From a virus: a stretch of 5,935 bases of DNA. The stretch's first letter is position 1. Each line of letters opens with the position of its first letter. Both the position numbers and the translations under genes were made by a program. The DNA lies in the IMG/VR virus record IMGVR_UViG_3300045988_007371, positions 1 through 5,935 of that record, one strand, 5' to 3'. Under the pieces are notes generated by a model. That model saw only the letters and a program-made list of their open reading frames with translations, did not search any database and had not been told where the DNA came from. This document shows, piece after piece, positions 4,795-5,935 of the stretch.

Positions 4795-5153
4795 CGCGCA
4801 CAGCGCTTACAATGAATGGATTAGCCGAGCTCCGCATACGCTCCGCACGGCAAGGCGCTAAAGCGCTTTCGAAACAAAGGAGCAAAACCGGGTTGCAAGA
4901 GAAGGTTACAATTTTATTACAAAACAGCAAAATCATTGAAAAACCTATTGACAAGGAGTATAATAAAGTCAGAGGAAGGAAGGTGTTCAGAATGACGCTG
5001 AAAAGCTACAAAATTGAAATGACAAACAAAGAAACAGGCAAAAGAGAAATTCGCCACACGCTGGCAGAAAGCAAAAAACTTGCAAAGTGTCTCATCTGGA
5101 CAAAAAAAGACATCATAAGCCAATGGAAGATAAACAAAATAGAAGAGGGTTAA
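4731..5153 (+). CDS. Hypothetical protein, maximal ORF model (140 aa); N-terminal 87 codons uncertain
   Basis: Track ORF. For: the frame stays open for about 91 codons upstream of 4992 in an A-rich strand, where I estimate roughly 6% of random codons would be stops. That is unlikely by chance. Against: there is no RBS before the ATG at 4731. The 5' end is built from the GTTGAAA repeats (encoding LKVLKVLK), and the consensus promoter lies inside it. An intermediate start is TTG at 4893, with AAGGAG (4877-4882) 10 nt upstream. This is an alternative model of the same frame as the 4992 entry. Confidence 0.4.
   Translation: MTKIIVQHFVENLLKVLKVLKTRTALTMNGLAELRIRSARQGAKALSKQRSKTGLQEKVTILLQNSKIIEKPIDKEYNKVRGRKVFRMTLKSYKIEMTNKETGKREIRHTLAESKKLAKCLIWTKKDIISQWKINKIEEG
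4829..4874. promoter_or_regulatory. Operator-like phased direct repeat and overlapping palindromes upstream of the accessory-cassette promoter
   Basis: GCTCCGCA occurs at 4829-4836 and 4840-4847, an 11-nt period. An 18-bp near-palindrome AAGGCGCT-AA-AGCGCTTT (4852-4869) contains the perfect palindrome AAAGCGCTTT (4860-4869) and overlaps TTTCGAAA (4867-4874). TTACAA is also repeated at 4906 and 4917, again 11 nt apart, just upstream of the -35 box. The regulatory role is inferred. Confidence 0.4.
4936..4964 (+). promoter_or_regulatory. Sigma70-type promoter for the accessory cassette
   Basis: The -35 box is TTGAAA (4936-4941). A spacer of exactly 17 nt (4942-4958) separates it from a consensus -10 TATAAT (4959-4964). 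The predicted start near 4971 lies just upstream of the GGAAGGAAGGTG RBS and the ATG at 4992. Confidence 0.65.
4992..5153 (+). CDS. Hypothetical small protein, promoter-proximal start model (53 aa)
   Basis: The ATG at 4992 has GGAAGGAAGGTG ending 6 nt upstream and sits about 20 nt downstream of the predicted transcription start. The product is MTLKSYKIEMTNKETGKREIRHTLAESKKLAKCLIWTKKDIISQWKINKIEEG. It is lysine-rich, has no hydrophobic segment and matches no family I recognise. The stop at 5151-5153 is 5 nt before the M15 start. Confidence 0.5.
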   Translation: MTLKSYKIEMTNKETGKREIRHTLAESKKLAKCLIWTKKDIISQWKINKIEEG

Positions 5154-5158
5154 CAAAC

Positions 5159-5551
5159 ATGGAAATCAAAGCATATGTAGTAGACGAGCAAGGAAACGAA
5201 CAAATCACAGACCACTTCAAAGTGAAAGAGTTTGCTTGCAAAGACGGGTCACCAATCGTATTCGTTGACGAATATCTAGCAGTCATTCTAGAGATCGCAA
5301 GAAAAAAAATCAATAAGCCGATTGTCATCACGAGCGGATACCGCACAGTAAGCCACAACAAAAAAGTAGGCGGAGCAAAATATAGCTATCACATGCGCGG
5401 CATGGCGGCAGACATCAGAGCGAACGGAGTGACGCCAAAAGAACTTGCAAAAGTACTAAACGACATCGTACCAAACAGCGGCGGAATCATCGTATATAAC
5501 AATTGGGTACATTTCGATACAAGAAATGAAAAATACAGAAAGGGGGTATAA
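5159..5551 (+). CDS. Peptidase M15 family (M15A/Peptidase_M15_3, Zn D-Ala-D-Ala carboxypeptidase-like) cell-wall hydrolase, 130 aa
   Basis: Same frame as track ORF 5087..5551. I prefer the ATG at 5159 (MEIKAYVV...), which has GAGGG (5145-5149) 9 nt upstream and lies just after the upstream stop. The sequence FKVKEFACKDGS...KPIVITSGYRTVSHNKKVGGAKYSYHMRGMAADI...VHFDTR matches the M15 signature SGYR...N..vGG...S.H..G.A.D....vH.D. The Zn ligands are H78-x6-D85 and H118 (H78 codon at 5390-5392). There is no signal peptide or TM segment. Confidence 0.93.
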   Translation: MEIKAYVVDEQGNEQITDHFKVKEFACKDGSPIVFVDEYLAVILEIARKKINKPIVITSGYRTVSHNKKVGGAKYSYHMRGMAADIRANGVTPKELAKVLNDIVPNSGGIIVYNNWVHFDTRNEKYRKGV

Positions 5552-5552
5552 A

Positions 5553-5675
5553 ATGGCGCTGATTTCCATTAAAGACGTCAAGCAAGCAATCCGCATTATG
5601 ATGCAGATTCTCGAAAAACTTGACGAGATCTATCACGCGCTGCACGACAGCATCAACGAAAACGAAAAGGAGTAA
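5553..5675 (+). CDS. Hypothetical small helical protein, 40 aa
   Basis: Hand translation gives MALISIKDVKQAIRIMMQILEKLDEIYHALHDSINENEKE, with stop TAA at 5673-5675. A GGGGG run (5542-5546) lies 6 nt upstream of the ATG. The ORF exactly fills the gap between the M15 gene and the next ORF, starting 1 nt after the M15 stop. It is too short for the ORF track and has no recognisable family. Confidence 0.55.
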   Translation: MALISIKDVKQAIRIMMQILEKLDEIYHALHDSINENEKE

Positions 5676-5678
5676 ACC

Positions 5679-5906
5679 ATGATGCACAAGACATGGAACG
5701 TAAGAGACCAGACCACAGAAGCACTAGAAGAGCTACTCATACGAAAATTAAAAGAAATTGATGACAATTACAAAATGCTTAAAAAAGTGTCAAATATCGA
5801 AGACGCTAAAAAGCTAGTAGATGAAATGTGGCGAATAAGAAGCTTTGCAAACGAAATTGATTTAGAACTAATCAGAAGGGATTATGAAAATGGGACGACA
5901 TCGTAA
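5679..5906 (+). CDS. Hypothetical coiled-coil-like protein, 75 aa (crosses the circular junction)
   Basis: Track ORF. AAGGAG (5667-5672) lies 6 nt upstream of the ATG at 5679. The product MMHKTWNVRDQTTEALEELLIRKLKEIDDNYKMLKKVSNIEDAKKLVDEMWRIRSFANEIDLELIRRDYENGTTS is charged and helical and matches no family I recognise. Its last 23 nt overlap the J-like gene in another frame (window 48-70, equivalent to 5884-5906). Confidence 0.7.
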   Translation: MMHKTWNVRDQTTEALEELLIRKLKEIDDNYKMLKKVSNIEDAKKLVDEMWRIRSFANEIDLELIRRDYENGTTS

Positions 5907-5935
5907 GAAAATGAGCGGCGCAAAAGATCGCCGAA
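5837..5935. repeat. Terminal redundancy, copy 2 (circular-genome assembly overlap)
   Basis: Identical to bases 1-99. It contains the 3' end of the 75-aa ORF and a truncated second copy of the J-like ORF, starting at 5884/5890. Confidence 0.97.

Noticed and set aside
4795-4935. Possible tRNA or small structured RNA in the relatively GC-rich segment after the heptamer array
   Set aside because: I could not build a cloverleaf: there is no GTTCRANYC-type T-arm and no acceptor pairing. Only short 4-5 bp palindromes are present. These are better read as protein-binding sites or as part of the 140-codon open frame.
4948-4964. Consensus TTGACA (4948-4953) paired with TATAAT (4959-4964)
   Set aside because: Only 5 nt separate them, so they cannot work as a -35/-10 pair. 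The functional -35 candidate is TTGAAA at 4936-4941, with a 17-nt spacer. No -10-like hexamer lies 16-18 nt downstream of the TTGACA.
32-5687. All minus-strand ORFs in the track (32..271, 139..555, 681..887, 1301..1555, 1488..1766, 1830..2084, 2340..2609, 2546..2791, 2922..3239, 4060..4284, 4480..4674, 4640..4954, 4917..5156, 5113..5361, 5487..5687)
   Set aside because: Each lies antisense to a well-supported + strand gene or inside the repeat region. Their products are Cys/Leu/Phe/Ser-rich and low in complexity, and I found no RBS for them. The minus strand is T-rich and A-poor, so long open frames arise by chance, and microviruses transcribe only one strand.

Overview
The window is one complete circular ssDNA phage genome of the family Microviridae, gokushovirus-like, linearised with a terminal overlap. 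Bases 1-99 are identical to 5837-5935, so the unit length is 5,836 nt. All supportable genes are on the + strand, as expected for a microvirus. In order they are: a 42-aa arginine/lysine-rich J/VP8-like DNA-binding protein (too short for the ORF track), a VP5-like nonstructural protein, the VP3 internal scaffolding protein, the VP1 major capsid protein (GTG start), an intrinsic terminator, the VP2 minor capsid/DNA pilot protein, and the VP4 HUH rolling-circle replication initiator. Core genes are tightly packed, with GTGA, ATGA and ATGAATAA start/stop overlaps. The unusual part lies between VP4 and the J-like gene. First comes a ~300-560 nt (4431-4730/4991) stretch with no confident gene. It contains a stem-loop, a GC-rich alternating purine/pyrimidine tract, an AT-rich palindromic element, a (TAG)n microsatellite, about 12 same-orientation GTTGAAA-type repeats, and helically phased repeats and palindromes. 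Next comes a near-consensus sigma70-type promoter driving an accessory cassette: a small ORF, a peptidase M15 (Zn D-Ala-D-Ala carboxypeptidase-like cell-wall hydrolase), and two small helical ORFs. Strong AGGAGG-type ribosome-binding sites suggest a host that uses canonical Shine-Dalgarno initiation; this is inference only. No homology search could be run, so all family assignments rest on motifs recognised by eye.
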